64,000 nt of DNA from NCBI RefSeq assembly GCF_006345805.1, contig NC_043003.1, forward strand, positions 111,042,001 to 111,106,000, in the 5' to 3' direction. Position numbers and translations under genes: made by a program. The DNA comes from Octopus sinensis (lineage: Eukaryota). Of the stretch, positions 25,849 through 40,700 are shown one piece after another. The notes beneath the pieces are model-generated. The model ran no database searches. It was given only the letters and a program-made list of their open reading frames with translations, and had not been told where the DNA came from. Every line of letters starts with the position of its first letter. Position 1 is the first letter of the stretch.

Positions 25849-27300
25849 TAATATAATATATTATTGTATCATTCGTTATATGTTGTGCGTTTGAGCACAC
25901 ATTTGTATACGTCTGTTTCCGCCTGATTTGGTTATCACTTTAAGTGTTATGTCCTGAAAAATATTATTCGTTTTCTCATTCATGTAAGCAATAATTGAGA
26001 CGTTCGCTTTCAAAAATTGACATAAGAAATATGATTGATACCTTCAGCTCCACTGTAAAAAAGTAACACTCCAATGAAAAAATAGCTTAAATGTTTCTTC
26101 TTATTAATGTGTCCCAACCTAAAAGTAACTGAGAAAATGAGTACTATTTTAAGCATCGTTTATTAGGAAGAAACTATGGTAACTCATTGAATTATCTTTA
26201 ATATTACGTCTTTGAATCAATAAGTGTATTGCAGTAGAATTATTTGCAATAAGGTAACTACAGTTAATGACAGTGGAAGACTCGAGAGGATATCATGGAC
26301 AGAGCAATAAAACACGTCAGTATACTTAAGAATCTAACATATTTAGGATACTTACAGTAAGTATTAATAGAAGGCAAATTGAACGGAAAAATTGAGAGGG
26401 TTAGCAAAGAATAATGTGGATGGATAATACTAACTGAATACATTAAATAAATACAGGATATATAAAACTGCAGAGAAGTAATGAAGATGCACTTTATTCA
26501 ACCAGACGATACTTGAGGATGATGGCAATTCGCTGTTTCTTTGAATATGATTTATAAAATGTTTGTTTCTTTCTACTTCCTCTGAAAAAGTACCATTATA
26601 TGATAGGAAGCTTTCTTATATTTACTGATGTGCTAGCAAGATTTATTAATGGAATCAGTATCTTTTATTCTAGCATCTTTAGTGCTTATACACTGTTAAC
26701 ATTCACCACCATTTTGCTGCTGTATATTCTAAGTGTATGTATCTATGCACATTGTCGATGCACAATCCGATTATGCTGGTTAGTTATACTGCTTCCGATT
26801 TTTGATTTCAGAAATTTTGTAGCGTACTGATTTCTTCGGAAACTGAAATTATTCTGTCTGCTCTTGTGTAACTTCATGTTTACTCTCGTGTAATGACAAC
26901 CACAAGGGGAGAAGATCGAGTATGAAAGATTATAATCATTTCAAATTAATTGATTTATATTTGGAATTTTGTCTCATAATTCACTAATGATTTAAAGTGG
27001 AATATCTATGTTCAAGAGGCATGCAACTGTTTTTCAACTTTTAACTTTTTTTTCTTTTTTTCTCTACATTTCACAAGACAAGTCTAAAGAAATGTATCAC
27101 TGTATATATGAGAACTGACCTTCATATTTCAGTTTCTTTTACGGTGGATTTCAATACTTATGTTCGGTTAGGATAAAAATAAATCATTTTTATGTATTGG
27201 GCGGAATCTTTAAGGAATAATAAACCTTTGTGTATGCGATAACATTGATGCTATACACACTTGAAATACCATAGTATTAATGCTTAATGCAAATGCAGGA

Positions 27301-27330
27301 AATAATAATAATAATAATAATAATAATAAT

Positions 27331-27420
<90 letters not shown>

Positions 27421-27860
27421 CCAACCCCAGAAAATTCTACGAAGAGCTTGGAGAAAATAAAATAGATATCAATGCAGCACCAACAGAAAAGTGCCACAAG
27501 TTTGGAAGGTAATATGATCGGAGAAGGAACGACTTCAGAAAATATCTATCTAAATAACAAACAGAGGACCTTAACAACACTGGACTCCAATAACAAGTAA
27601 AGAGGTCACCCAGGGACTTCAGAATTTAAGCTAGTGGAAGGCACCCAGACACCACAAGATCCTCAACTTTTGGTTGTAATATCTAACAGGAACACATAAA
27701 ACTCTGGCTGAGAAATTACCTGGATGGCCTCTGGAATGGATATTATATATGGATGAAATAAAACTGTACGCTACAAATGATAAGACTCTGGAAACATTAC
27801 TACACACAGTACAAGGATTTACCAAATAAATAAACATGAAATTTGGCTTAGAAATAGGCA
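27301..27860 (+). mobile_element. (AAT)n array followed by a degenerate R4/Dong LINE RT fragment
   Basis: About 40 AAT units, then sequence encoding WKAP, LLYMDEIKLYA and MKFGLE, similar to the RT at 29942-31147. Confidence 0.65.
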
Positions 27861-28305
27861 GTCTTGAATTTTCTTAATATATATGTCAAGCAGATTAGCG
27901 CAATGAGGAAGTGTAATGGAGAGAAATGTCCTTGCGTATTTTCACTTTTCCCCAGAGATACTTTTGCACTTGTTAGCTCTACTTAGCACACACATTGATT
28001 TCTCCATAAGGTTGTTTATATTCCCTTTGACTCCAAGAGTTTTCAGATACACCAAGAACAAAATGTCTGGGACATTGTCCTAAGCACTCTTATAATATAG
28101 CTACCCAAAAGCTACATTCTTCTACCTTAAGCTTGTCTCCTGTAATACCCTAACAACTATACGTACCATCATTGGTTTCCCCTTCATTAATTCCTACATC
28201 CTCTTTGCACCTCTTGCAATAGCTTCCTCTTTTACATTATATATTCGATCTGCTAATTGAACAGTTATTAGTAATAAGAAAATGATAGATGCACAGTTAT
28301 TGACG

Positions 28306-28336
<31 letters not shown>

Positions 28337-28400
28337 CTTCTTCTTCTTCTTTCTTCTTCTTCTTCTTCCTCTTCTTCTTCTTCATTATATTATTATTATT

Positions 28401-31400
28401 TTTTTTTCTTCTTTCAAATTTGCTTCCATTTCTTGCCGAGTGTCTTCCTGACTCCTAGGGCAAAGAAACTCATAGTATACATTGGTAGGCCATTAAACTA
28501 AACTCAATAGTTCGTTCTTTTTTTATAAGTTAAATTAAAATACATGAGCAGTAACAGTTCTCACATCGACAATGCTCTTCTCAATACGTGTGATGTACCA
28601 GTTAAGACAATCTTTTGCACTTCTTGCAGGGATGGTAAGCCAAGGATCATTCTCATATAATTTTCGGTTCCCTTCTTGATCATTCCTAGTGCTCCTACGA
28701 TCACTGGTATTGTAACCGCCTTGAGATGCCACATTTTCTCAATTTCAATGAGTAGGTCTTTATATTTTCTGAGCTTGTCAAACTCTTTCGCTGAGATATT
28801 ATGATCACAGGGGATGCTCATGTCGATCGATAAGCAAACTTTATTGTTTTGGTCTTTCACAACCTTGATGGTTCGGTCTGTATGTACTGGAAAGTCCCAC
28901 AGAATGGTTACATTTTCTCCTTCAGTTACAGCCTCAGGGTGGTGATTATACCACTTGTCGGCAGTTTTGATATTGTAATGCCGACTTATTAGCCACTGGA
29001 GATATTAGCCAACTCTGTCATGTCTTAATTTATACTCCACTGGTGCTAAGACTTTACATCCAGAGATTAGGTGGTCCACTGTTTCAATCACGTCGTTGCA
29101 GATTCGGCATGTTGGGTATGCTCCATTTTTCATCACATTGGCCTGGTAGTTCCGGGTTAATAGGATTTGATCTTGAGCAGCCAGGATGAAACCTTCGCTC
29201 TCTGCTTTTAGCCCTGAGCTCCGTAGCCACTGATCGGTTTGCTTCTGGTCAACATCAGCTTGTTTGCTGCGGGTCACATATTTGCCGTGCAGAGGTTTCT
29301 CCTCCCACCTATCAGCCAAATGCTCGTGCGCTTTTTTCATTGCCAACAACAGTTGCCGTACTTCCCTCGGGTTGTTCAGTTTGGGTATCCTGCACGAGAT
29401 CAATAGCAAATGTTTTGCTTTCCTTTATGATAGAATGAAGCTTCTTCCGTCTCTCGTGATTTTCCACGAGCTTTAGCATCCAGTCATTCGATATTTCGAG
29501 ATATTTGGCCAGTCCAATTGTGGTTGTTTTGTAAGCTAGTTCAAATTGGATCAGGCCTCGACCTCCTTGGGCTCTGGGAAGGTAAAGGCGATCTACGTCT
29601 GCCTTTGGGTGGTGCATCCTATTACAACTCATCAGCTTGCGTATTTTCCTATCTATATTCTTTACTTCACTCATATTCCAGTTCAACACATTGTAGCTAT
29701 AAGTAACAACTGGAACTGCTAAGGAATTTATAGCTAACACCTTGTTACGTGCATTTAGTTCAGATTTCAGGACTGCACGAACTCTCCTATAACATTCCTT
29801 CCTGATCTTCTCTTTCATGCTTGCATGCTGAATACCAGAGCCTTCATTTATCCCTAAATATTTGTATGTTTGTTCTTGCTCAAGCTCTCTTATGACTGTG
29901 TCAACATCTAACACGACTGAATTTGTAGTCTTCACTTTCCCTTACTGGAAAGTGGCCTTGGCACACTTCTCAAGTCCAAACTCCATCCCGATGTCATCGT
30001 TGAATGCTTTCACGGTGCGCAATAGGCCTTCAAGTTCATTATTGTCTTTACCATAAAGTTTTAAGTCATCCATATAAAATAGATGGCTTATTTTTTTATT
30101 GGCAATTTTATACCCATATCCTGTTCTGTTTAATTCACTTGTAAGGGGTATTAGGGCTATGCAGAATATTAAAGGTGAAAGTGAGTCACCTTGAAAAATT
30201 CCACAGTTGATGTTTATATTTTCTGAGGCAAGTACTCCATTAGAGTGGTATAATTGGAGATTCGTATTCCACAACGACATATTGTGCTTCAGGAAGTTTG
30301 AAATCACTGGGGAAATTTTGAAGATGTCCAGCGATCTCAAGATCCATGGATGCGGTATACTGTCGAAGGCCTTTTTATAGTCAATCCATGCGGTGCTGAG
30401 ATTTCTGCGCTTGTTGTGACAGTTCTCAAGGATCATACGATTGATTAGCAGTTGATCTTTGCATCCGTAAGAGCCTCGGCGGCACCCTTTTTGTTCAGTG
30501 GGGAAAATATCGTTCTTCTCCATGAATGCATATGTTTTCTCCGCCAGGATAGATGTTAGGATTTTATACGTGGTGGATAGACAGGTTATAGGCCGATAGT
30601 TTTTTGGAAGGTTGGTTTCGTTATTCTTTGGGAGTAGGTAAGTAATGCCACTTGCTAACCATTCAGGTGTTTTCTTTGGGTCTCTCATAATACCATTGAG
30701 CAGCTGAAGTAGCTTACCGTGTTGGCATGGGAGCGATGCGAGCCAGAAATTCGGCACCCTATCTTTACCGGGGGATTTCCAATTATGGGCCTTCGTGAGT
30801 GCCTTTCTTAGGTCTGCTATTGTGATGTCTTCCCATGCTTGTTGTTGTAAATTTTGGTAGGATCCTTCAGTTTGTATAATCCAGTCTGCATTTATGGTGT
30901 ACGTCTTCTTGTCACTCCAAATCCTTTTCCAAAAGTTTTGAACTTCTTGCATGGGAGGGGGGTCTTTAACGGTTACTTTCTCCTTCCCTATTTCTCTGTA
31001 GAATTTTTTGGCATTGGATGTGAACAGCTTATTTTGCTTGTAAAACTTGTTTCTCTTCTCAAATCTTCGTATTCTTTGGGCTTTTGCTTGGACTTTTTGT
31101 TTCAGCGTTTCTTTTATTGATATCAGTTCTTCTTGGTGAGGATCCAAATTTTCTCTTCATCTTTCTTCCTGTTCTGGATCTTACATCATTTCCACATATT
31201 AGTTCATTTAATATTGATATTTCCCCTCTCATAAATTCAATCACTTTTTCAATTTTACTTCTCCAGGTTTGATTTCTTCCCAGGTTTTGTTTTCTTTGTT
31301 TTTTCGGGGGCATACAGCTGGTTTCAATTGCCCTAGCAGAAGCGTAAATAATTTCATTTAACTCAGTAAAATCAGGTTTTAATTCTCGTATTATTTCATT

Positions 31401-32270
31401 TGTTACATAGTTGCCAATTTGGTTTTATTTTTTATTTTGGTTTGTATTTGAGAGTTTATGAAGTGGTTCTCTATCATTCATACTTGTATGTCTTACAACT
31501 TCAAGCGTATTTAGAATTTTCTGCCTCATTTCTGCCATAGACTCTCAGCAAATGCGAGATCTTCAGTTACTGTTGTTTTTTCGTTTTCCTGGCTATCTTT
31601 AACAGGTACAATAGAATTTCTGGTATCTTCAGGCCTTTGCGTACTTTGGTCAGATGGCAGTCTTTCAATTAAGCCTCGTGACGGGATATACTGTTCATCT
31701 GATTCTTCATTTCCTTTGTGTCTTATATTTATGTCATTTTCCGTTGCGTGCTTGATCGCGCTTATTTCACTGTCTGTGAGTCTGTTGTTTCTAAGGATAT
31801 CCCTCCTCACATTTGCTAATTTGTTCTTGTCCAAATAGGGCCTACTGTCTTGATTCCGTGTTCTCCATATACTGTAAGAGTTTGCGGTGTGTCTCTCTTG
31901 AGATGGCCTACCTAATGCATAGTAATAAGCGTATATTACTTCTTTATACTCTTCTCGGGTCCATTTGTTCCGCTTACATTTTTCTTTCTGTGGTGGTTGT
32001 GGTGGTGAACTTGGAGGGCTCGAGTTGGGGTATTTCCCGTTCAAGTGACCATCCATGTCCGTATTCGGAGAAGTGTTTGTGCCAGTTGATGACTTTTCGA
32101 TCCCATGCTGGCTCTTCCCTGGGGGGCGCGCTTCTAGATTAACCATAGGACAAGCGATTTGGTATACTGATTTAGTTTTCCTTTTAGTTTCCAAAAACAT
32201 TTTGGTGCTACGATAATGTTATCATTTTTTAGCTTTGATTGGCTCGTGGGGAGACGGCCATCATTGCCGT
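28401..32270 (-). mobile_element. Near full-length R4/Dong-type non-LTR retrotransposon (RT plus restriction-like endonuclease), frameshifted
   Basis: N-terminal KRNKWTREEY (31526..32200); RT with NYRPITCL, WIDYKKAFDS, GIFQGDSLSP, HLFYMDDLKLY (29942..31147); C-x2-C..H..SGC and RHD (29005..29409); RLE with IDMSIP..K..KY.DL (28561..28860). The 3' end runs into (TAA)n. Confidence 0.92.
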
Positions 32271-32618
32271 TACAATTATAATTGTACCATTATAGCAGCC
32301 GTAATCGGCTTATTATTGTTATTATCATCACCATTATTATCACTATCATCATTATCACCACCATTACCATCATCATTTTCGCCATCACCACCATCATCAT
32401 CAATGATATTGTTTTATGTGTAGTCACAGCAGTATCTTATTATTGTTATTTTTGTTTTTTTATCATTATCACCATCACAGTAGTGTCCGTCTGTCTCGTT
32501 GGCTGGCTTGGTGGTTGGCTGGCTGACTGTCTTCAACGCCAGAGTTGCCTGTCAAATAATACTTTCATATTTGGTTAACAATAGAGCCGAGGTGAGGTTT
32601 GTGTTGGTTGAACTGTTT

Positions 32619-32657
<39 letters not shown>

Positions 32658-32720
32658 GATAGATCAGCACTATTACTATCATTATTATCATCATCACCAT
32701 CATCACCATCACCATCAGTG

Positions 32721-32751
<31 letters not shown>

Positions 32752-33311
32752 TTTTTTTTAGGTGGGGTCCTATCGGTCAAAAAAAGTTCAGATGTTTACT
32801 ACTATTAGGCTTTAGAAAAATTAAGGAAGGGCTGTTCTGAATTGTTTGTGAATAGAGAAGATGTGTTCGACCAGAGAGAATCTTAACATCATCATTTTTT
32901 TTTCCATGTGCGTTTGTGTTATTGCAATAAAAAGTGTTTGTATATTTCGCGTAAGGTAATATTGTGGAGGTTGAAGTTGACCCATCTAGAGATGTTTGTA
33001 TGTCCAGTTAGAAGAACAGGTGTGTTTTTACAATAAAAAGTATATGTTTACATTTATATTTGAATATTCTGGGAGGAAGCAAAGAAAAGTCAGATTTTCA
33101 TAGAATGTTTTAGCGTTTTGTAAGTCCACAAAAAGAAAAGCGTGATGTTTTTAGAGAGAAGAAAAAAAAGGGTGCTTACAGAGGCAGTTGTGGGTATTAA
33201 AGTTTTTAAAGCCGATCGGATGTATGTTTGAAAGCTGCAGATATGTAAATTTGTAAATTTCTTAACCCACTTTGAAGAGAATTTTAAATACTCACGAGGT
33301 ATTGTATTATT

Positions 33312-33378
<67 letters not shown>

Positions 33379-34329
33379 TGGGCTCTTTTTTTAAGGTGCG
33401 AAAATAATAATATTGGCCATTGCTAAAATGTCAGGATTTGGCATGTATTTTGATATAGCTTTTATATTATTGAAACATGTTCATGTTCAAAAGCATTTTC
33501 CGAATGTTGTTTTAAATATAAAACCTAGTTAGTGAACACTTAATATCAACATGTCACACAATTCCTGACTACTAAATTCATTCAAATCCCTACGCCAGAC
33601 TATAACTGACACTCCGTCTCAAACTACAACGATATATCCAATGTCGAATTTATGAAACTGTTTGATTCTACAAGCACTATTTCTATTTAAAGTACTTGAA
33701 GTGTCTTAGATAATTTACTTCGGTGAAATATTCTCTCTACAGTAAAGTAAAGATAACTCATTCAAGATAATCCTTTCTTATACAAAGAGGAAGATAAGTT
33801 GTTATATAAATCATCATCCCAATTCCTGCCTATCACTATGTATCCTCTGCTTTGAACTAACTTAAGGATGCGATAAAATTAATTTACATCACGAATGTAC
33901 CCCAGCATGGCCACAATCAAATGATTAAAGCATATAAAAGATACACGATGCCAGGCGTGAATCATATCTTTCTATATCAGATCTTTGATGTATATATCTT
34001 GAGTAATTTTCTAGGGCTCCTAAAAGTATTCCTTTCTCATGATGAAAGTATAAGAAACCATTCGATATTAACTTTGTAAATAATAGCCTGATTTTCTCCG
34101 CACAATTTGTTCTTTCTCCTTTTTCTCATCTCTGGACATTTTCCACTTTCTGACGAAGAGCCATGCTCGTAACATTATTTTCACAGCTACTTTTCCGTCT
34201 AAAAATTTTAATGAGCGTCCATCTAATTTATTCATTTTGTTCTTCTATTGAAATTATTTTCTTTACTGTTCCGTAATTTCCATGTGTGTTTGTCTGTGTG
34301 TGTGTGTGTATGTGTACAAATCTACACAC

Positions 34330-34625
34330 ACATATATAACTATTTTTTCTCCTATTTGTTTCAGTCATTAGACTGCGGCTAAGTTGGTGCTCTCCTTTAA
34401 AGACTTTTAGCGAAAGTTTATTCATTTAAGCCTAGTATTTATTCTAACGATCCCGTTTACCAAAACGGAAATACACCAACACCGGTCGTCAAGCTCTGGT
34501 GGTGCAGAAGCAAAGCACAAAGTGGCACACACCGTCTATCAAGTCCACTCATAAGGATTACTTTAGCCCGAAGCTATAATAGAAGACACTTTCCAAAGTA
34601 CCACGCTGTTGGACTGAGCCGAGAA
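34330..34625 (-). mobile_element. tRNA-derived SINE, family 2, diverged
   Basis: The reverse complement resembles 57140-57340 (cagtccaacagcgtggtacttt, gtgtcttctattatagc, gagtggacttgatagacgg). Confidence 0.6.
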
Positions 34626-34868
34626 ACACGAAACGCATAAATGATACAACAGCAATAGCTTGAACAACACTTTTCAACAGAAAAATTAGCATGCCTAATT
34701 AGTCTGGGTTCATGTTCCATTGGTAGCTAACGATATGAAAGGACTATTAAAACCACCATTTACATGCTATTATCTATAGATCTATCTGCTTCGATTTCCA
34801 TTAAAATTCACATACACACAAACACATACACTCAAAAAGAAACATGCACACACATACATATATATCAT

Positions 34869-35035
34869 AGGGCAGGCGTATTTTTGTGGTAGGAAGTTTG
34901 CTTCTTAACCACATGGTTGCATGTTCAGTCCTACTGCGAGGCACCTTGCGCAAGAGCCTTCTTCTATATCCTACGGCAGACCAATGATTTCCGCATGGAC
35001 TTGGTAGACGGAAACTGAAAGAAGCCCGTTGCATA
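34869..35035 (+). mobile_element. tRNA-derived SINE, family 2
   Basis: gtggtaggaagtttgctt..aaccacatggtt..gttcagtcc..gcaccttg.gcaag..ggtagacggaaactgaaagaagcccgt. Confidence 0.75.
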
Positions 35036-35126
35036 TATTCCTGCTTCCATATTTCCTGAGCGCCTATTAATAATAATACTGTAATTGTTCCACGTGTTGT
35101 TGTTTTTTTGTTTTCCCGTTTGGATT

Positions 35127-35164
<38 letters not shown>

Positions 35165-35975
35165 GGATACCCCTAGGAAATTGACAACCGTCAGGTTGGT
35201 ATCCATAGTTATGGTAAGACCGAAAGTTTTCATCATTTGGACAATGCCCTTCCTAAACCGATCTTGTGCTGGTCCATTAGTATTTGTCGTCATCTTTGTA
35301 AGTGGCGAAATATATGTCCGAAGAAGTCTTGCCCAACGAGTGGTAACAGTCCAATGAGATCGCATATGCCTACTCCATCATATGCCGACATGGTCACAGA
35401 TAGAACCTGCATTTTATATTGTGTCCATTTACAAGAATCTTATCTCTTTCTCTCCCTATATATCTCTCTCTATATATATATACATATTTTTATATATTTG
35501 TTTATATATTTTTCTTGCTTTATATATTTTTACATATTTTTTCTGTATATTACCTTTCACCCTGCATATTTTTGTGCATGTGCGTATATAGACATGTATA
35601 CGAACATAATTGTGCGCGTATAAGTATATAGATATATGTATACATATGTGCGTGTGCGTGTGTGTGTGTGTGCACGTATAGGCGTATGTGTGGGTATGCA
35701 TGTATGTGTTTCACGCGAGTGGACGTGAGCATATGCATATAGGCCCATGTACGTGGGTGTGCGTGCGTGCATGTGTATGTATGCAGGTGCGAGCATACGC
35801 GAATTCTATAAGCGTTTTTTTTTTCTTTATTTCTCTGACGAGATGCCGGAGCAGATTTCCGCCCAGTCACCCGAAATTCTGAGTTTTATTATGACAACCC
35901 AATAATTGCCATATTATAATACAGATACATTCCACTATTTGCATAATATCGAGTTCTCATTCATTTTTTTGTTGT
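35165..35975. mobile_element. PLE RT fragment (minus) joined to an oppositely oriented pLTR-like segment (plus)
   Basis: Minus-strand NGPAQDRFRKGIVQMMKTFGLTITMDTNLTVVNFL resembles a PLE RT after the DD motif. The plus strand has hammerhead-like CTGACGA..CGAAATTC at 35835-35879, and its UTR resembles the 13650-14450 spacer. Confidence 0.6.
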
Positions 35976-36026
35976 TATACTATTACTATTAATGCACACA
36001 CACACACACACATACACACACACACA

Positions 36027-36500
<474 letters not shown>

Positions 36501-36534
36501 ATTATATATATCTATATATATATATACATATATA

Positions 36535-36745
36535 TTTGTGTATGTGTCTTTGTATCTGTGCATCTCCCGTCAGCACCGCTTGACAGCTGATGCTGGTGTG
36601 TTTACGTCCACGTAACCTAGATTTTCGAGAAAAGAGAGATATAGAAAAAGTACTAGGCTCCAAAAAATATGCCTTGGTGTCGATTTTCCTTGTACAACCC
36701 TTGAAGGCGGTGTACACCGTGGCTGCATACAAATGACGGAAAATT
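36535..36745 (+). mobile_element. SINE family 2, 3' half
   Basis: accgcttgaca.ctgatgctggtgtgtttacgtcc..gtaac..aagtactaggct..ggcggtg..caccgtggctgca; similar to the reverse complements of 34330-34500 and 59410-59560. Confidence 0.55.
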
Positions 36746-36856
36746 AAAAGCTCATATATCCTGTATTTCACGCAATAACGTATTCAAAATAATAAGCAAC
36801 ATTTATTTTCTTGACTCTGCTGATCGTAATACACATAAAAAATTGATAAAATATAC

Positions 36857-36994
36857 CTGCGTCATATTCCACCATTTTGAAATTTGCACCATAGGTCCTG
36901 TCACGTTAAAACATGCGTCGCCAAATAATATGATTTTAGTTGTGTTTTCGTGCATCATATCAAAGAATAAGCGGGTAGCAACAGCCATGTCGCA
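36857..36994 (-). CDS. Internal coding exon of a GABA-B receptor subunit 2-like class C GPCR (Venus flytrap domain)
   Basis: Open 138-nt phase-0 exon bounded by polypyrimidine-ttacAG and CAG|GTatat. It translates CDMAVATRLFFDMMHENTTKIILFGDACFNVTGPMVQISKWWNMTQ, which resembles the invertebrate GABA-B R2 segment C..A.....FFDMM....K..LFG.AC..VT.P....SK.W..TQ as recalled. Other exons were not found. Confidence 0.85.
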
Positions 36995-37334
36995 CTGTAA
37001 GAGGAAAACATAAACATAAAAACATATTAGTAATGAAAAATGTCTTAAATATTTGTGAAGACAGGACGACATGAAAATACATAAATATTATATAGAGAGA
37101 AAAGTACGTATGACTCTGACGGAAAGAGATAAGTTATTTTTATATAATTTGTATTTTATACTTTCATTCATAAACTGTTTAATTAGGCACTTAATTTATC
37201 AAATTACCTGAGAAACTGTTCAAGTCATCCACACATCCGGATTTCTATATCAAATTTCTGCCGCTTTGCTTCACAAACGCGAATATGCAAACGAACCGAA
37301 ATGCATATATGCATACGATACTCATTCACAAGCG

Positions 37335-37415
<81 letters not shown>

Positions 37416-37681
37416 GGTGTGTGTGTGTGTGTGTATTTGTGTATGTGTATGAGTCTGTGTGTACCTGCGTGTACGTTTCTATGTGTGTGTCTGTGTTTGT
37501 TTGTGTGTGCGTATGAATGTATGTATTCGTCCATGTATAAAAATGAATGCCATATGAGCACCAGATAGAGGGAAATCTAGAAATATAACAACGCTTAATA
37601 TAATACGCAGTTCAGATTATACAAAACCATATATATATAAATATATAAATATTATATAATATATATATATATAGATATATA

Positions 37682-37718
37682 TATAAGCATGTGTGTGTGT
37701 GAGCGTATGTATGTGTGA

Positions 37719-37772
<54 letters not shown>

Positions 37773-40700
37773 ATATATATTTAAAAAACAGGAGATGTCG
37801 AACACGAGTGGTGATATATAAAAAAGGAAATGAAGAAAATGCTGACAAATAATTGAAGTAATTTATGTAATTTAATTAGGTGAAAGTTCTTTTTACCGGT
37901 TGCGCATTTGTTATGCTTATCAAATATAAAAGAGAGATTAGAGTCTGTCTCTTATATGTGAAAAAAAAGAGGCTCCAGAGTTGTTTTGGATTTGCTTGCT
38001 TGGTTTCGCGCCTAAAATTTGATTGGTCATTATGAAGGGGTCACGTGAATGTTTGAATGGAAGTTGGTGTTGGGGTAAGAAAAAAGGCTCCAGAGAAGTT
38101 AAAATTTGGCTAGTGTCCCGCCTAAAATTTCTTATTGGCCATAATAAAGAGGTCACGTGAATGTTTAGAATTTTCGAAAATAGTGTTGTTGAAATTTCTT
38201 ATTGTTCAGGCTGGTCAGTAGACGTCATGTGGATATTTTAAATAGCTTTTTAGCGCGTAGTTAGGGAGTGTATTTTCCGCTTGACTGGATAAGTAAGTTC
38301 GTTTAGAACAGGGAGAGCTGTATGTATGTATGTGTGTGCGCGCGCGCGTGTGTGGTGTTTATATGTATGTTGGGGCGCGCGCGCGTGTATATATGTGTAT
38401 GTGTGGGTACAATTTTCAATATTTATAGTTCTGCTGGCCTTGTGCCTGTATCGGGAAGCAACGTATTTGTGTGAAGTCAATATTTACAGCCATTTCCAAA
38501 AATAGTGTTGGATGTTTTGCACCCGTATTCAATTATGTGTATGTGTGGAACCATATATTTGTGGTGTGTCATGGTGTTATATCTGGGTAAAGGTGTGTGT
38601 AGGGTGTGTGCAGTGTTTGTTGTGGGTTCGTGTTAGGGGCATGTGTTTAGATGGTCTGTATTTATTAATAAGGTGGGATTCCATGGTTATTCGCTGGGTA
38701 TGAGTGGCATTGTCTTTAAATTTGTAGAGGGGAAAGATTCTAAAATTGGGATGGAGTTGTGCGGCACAGGTATCAATATGTGCACTAAATGCTATTTTTC
38801 TATATTCCTGTATTTTTATTTGGGATCTGTGGACAGTCATGCGTTGGCGGAGGCTATTTTTTGTTTGGCCTATGTAGTGTTCATTACAGCCCGAGCAAGT
38901 TAAGACATATACTAGGTTTTCTGATGCGCATGTGAATTGTGTTTTACTGGTGAAACGTTGTCCTTGTTTAAAAAGGATTCCGGACCTTCTATTAGGTTGA
39001 TGCATATACCACAGTTGGGTCTATTGCATTTGTTTACTGTGGGTTTAGTTGTTGTGGTTGGCAGTACTTTGGCATTTGTTAGGATGTTTTCAATGATTTG
39101 GGTTGCCTTTTGCTCTTTATGATTTCGTGTGTTAGGAGGATTTGGTTCATTCTATGGTCCTTTTGTAATACAGGAATGTTCTGGAGGATGGTGTCAAAAG
39201 CTTCATTGTTCAGGGGGTTGTATGTAGAGATGTATGTAGAGTATGGGGTTTCGATGTAACAGGTTTAGGGCGTCTAAGTTCCTGCGTGCTGAGTTTTAGG
39301 GCGCGTTGGATCCCATTGTCAATTAGTGACGTGGGGTAATCCCTGCTTGTTAATGTGCCCTTGAGTTCTTGTAGACGTAAGAGACGGGTGTTTTTATATG
39401 GAGACTATAGTGCAAATTCTCTTGGCTAAGTTGTAGGGAATGTTAATTTTAACGTGTCTAGGGTGGCATGAATTGAAAGGGAGGTATTGCTTGGAGTCTG
39501 TGGGCTTGTAGTATATGTCTGTTTCTATTTTTTTGTTGTGAATTTTAATGAGGATGTCGAGGAAGGGAATTTGTTGAGGGCTGTATTCCATTGTGAAAAT
39601 AATGTTTGTGTTGAGCCCATTTATAAGAGTGTGAATTCGTTAAGCTTCTCGACGGTTTCGGGCCAAAGGATGAAGCAGTCATCAAGATATCTCTTCCAGT
39701 TCTTCTCTATGTGTGTGTGGAGAGTGGTGCCAAATTGGTTAAGAACGTTATTATAGAGGGTGATTTCCAGGTATCCCATGACTAAGTTGGCGTAAGTAGG
39801 AGCTGTTTTCGTTCCCATTGCCGTCCCTGATTTCTGTCTGCAGAATTTGTTGTTGAAGGTGAAGAAATTATTCTCTAAGATGAATTTGAGTCCTTCTAAA
39901 ATAAATTCCTTTTTGATGCGGTGTGGGAGTTCGTTGGAGTAATTATCCAGCCAGAATTGGATAGCTTCTATTCCTAGGTTGTGGGGGCTGTTGGAGTAAA
40001 GATTGACTACATCGAATGTTACTAGCAGGGTTTGTTCAGCAAGAAGTGTATTGGGGAGGTGGTTGAGCATATCTAGATCGTCCCTTATGTAGCTTTTAAT
40101 GTGTTTGAGGAACGGCTTGAGAAGGGTATCAATGAAGTTGCTAAGGCGGTGGGTTCGCAAGCGGGACCTGCTATTATAGGTCTCAATTTGAGGTCATTTG
40201 GTGAGGGGACATTGATTACAGAGTTTGTGGCTTCCTTGCATGCCTTACTTATTAATTCGCTTTTATGAATTTTGGGAATACCGTAGAAGAGGCTGGTTTT
40301 ACTAGTGAATTTTGTGATGAAGTGAATTCTTTGTTAGTGAGTTCTTCTTTGTGGGGGTTGATCAGGGTTTTTAAGTTTCTCATAATTTTCTGTTGATTGT
40401 AGTGTTCAGCCTTTTCGTAATATGTTCCATTTTCCAAGGTGGAGAGTGCTAAGTTGATATAGTATTCTGTCTCCATAGCAGTACCCACACACATACACAT
40501 ATATACACGCGCGCGCGCCCCAACATACATATAAACACACACACACGCGCGCGCGCACACACATACATACATACAGCTCTCCCTGTTCTAAACGAACTTA
40601 CTTATCCAGTCAAGCGGAAAATACACTCCCTAACTACGCGCTAAAAAGCTATTTAAAATATCCACATGACGTCTACTGACCAGCCTGAACAATAAGAAAT

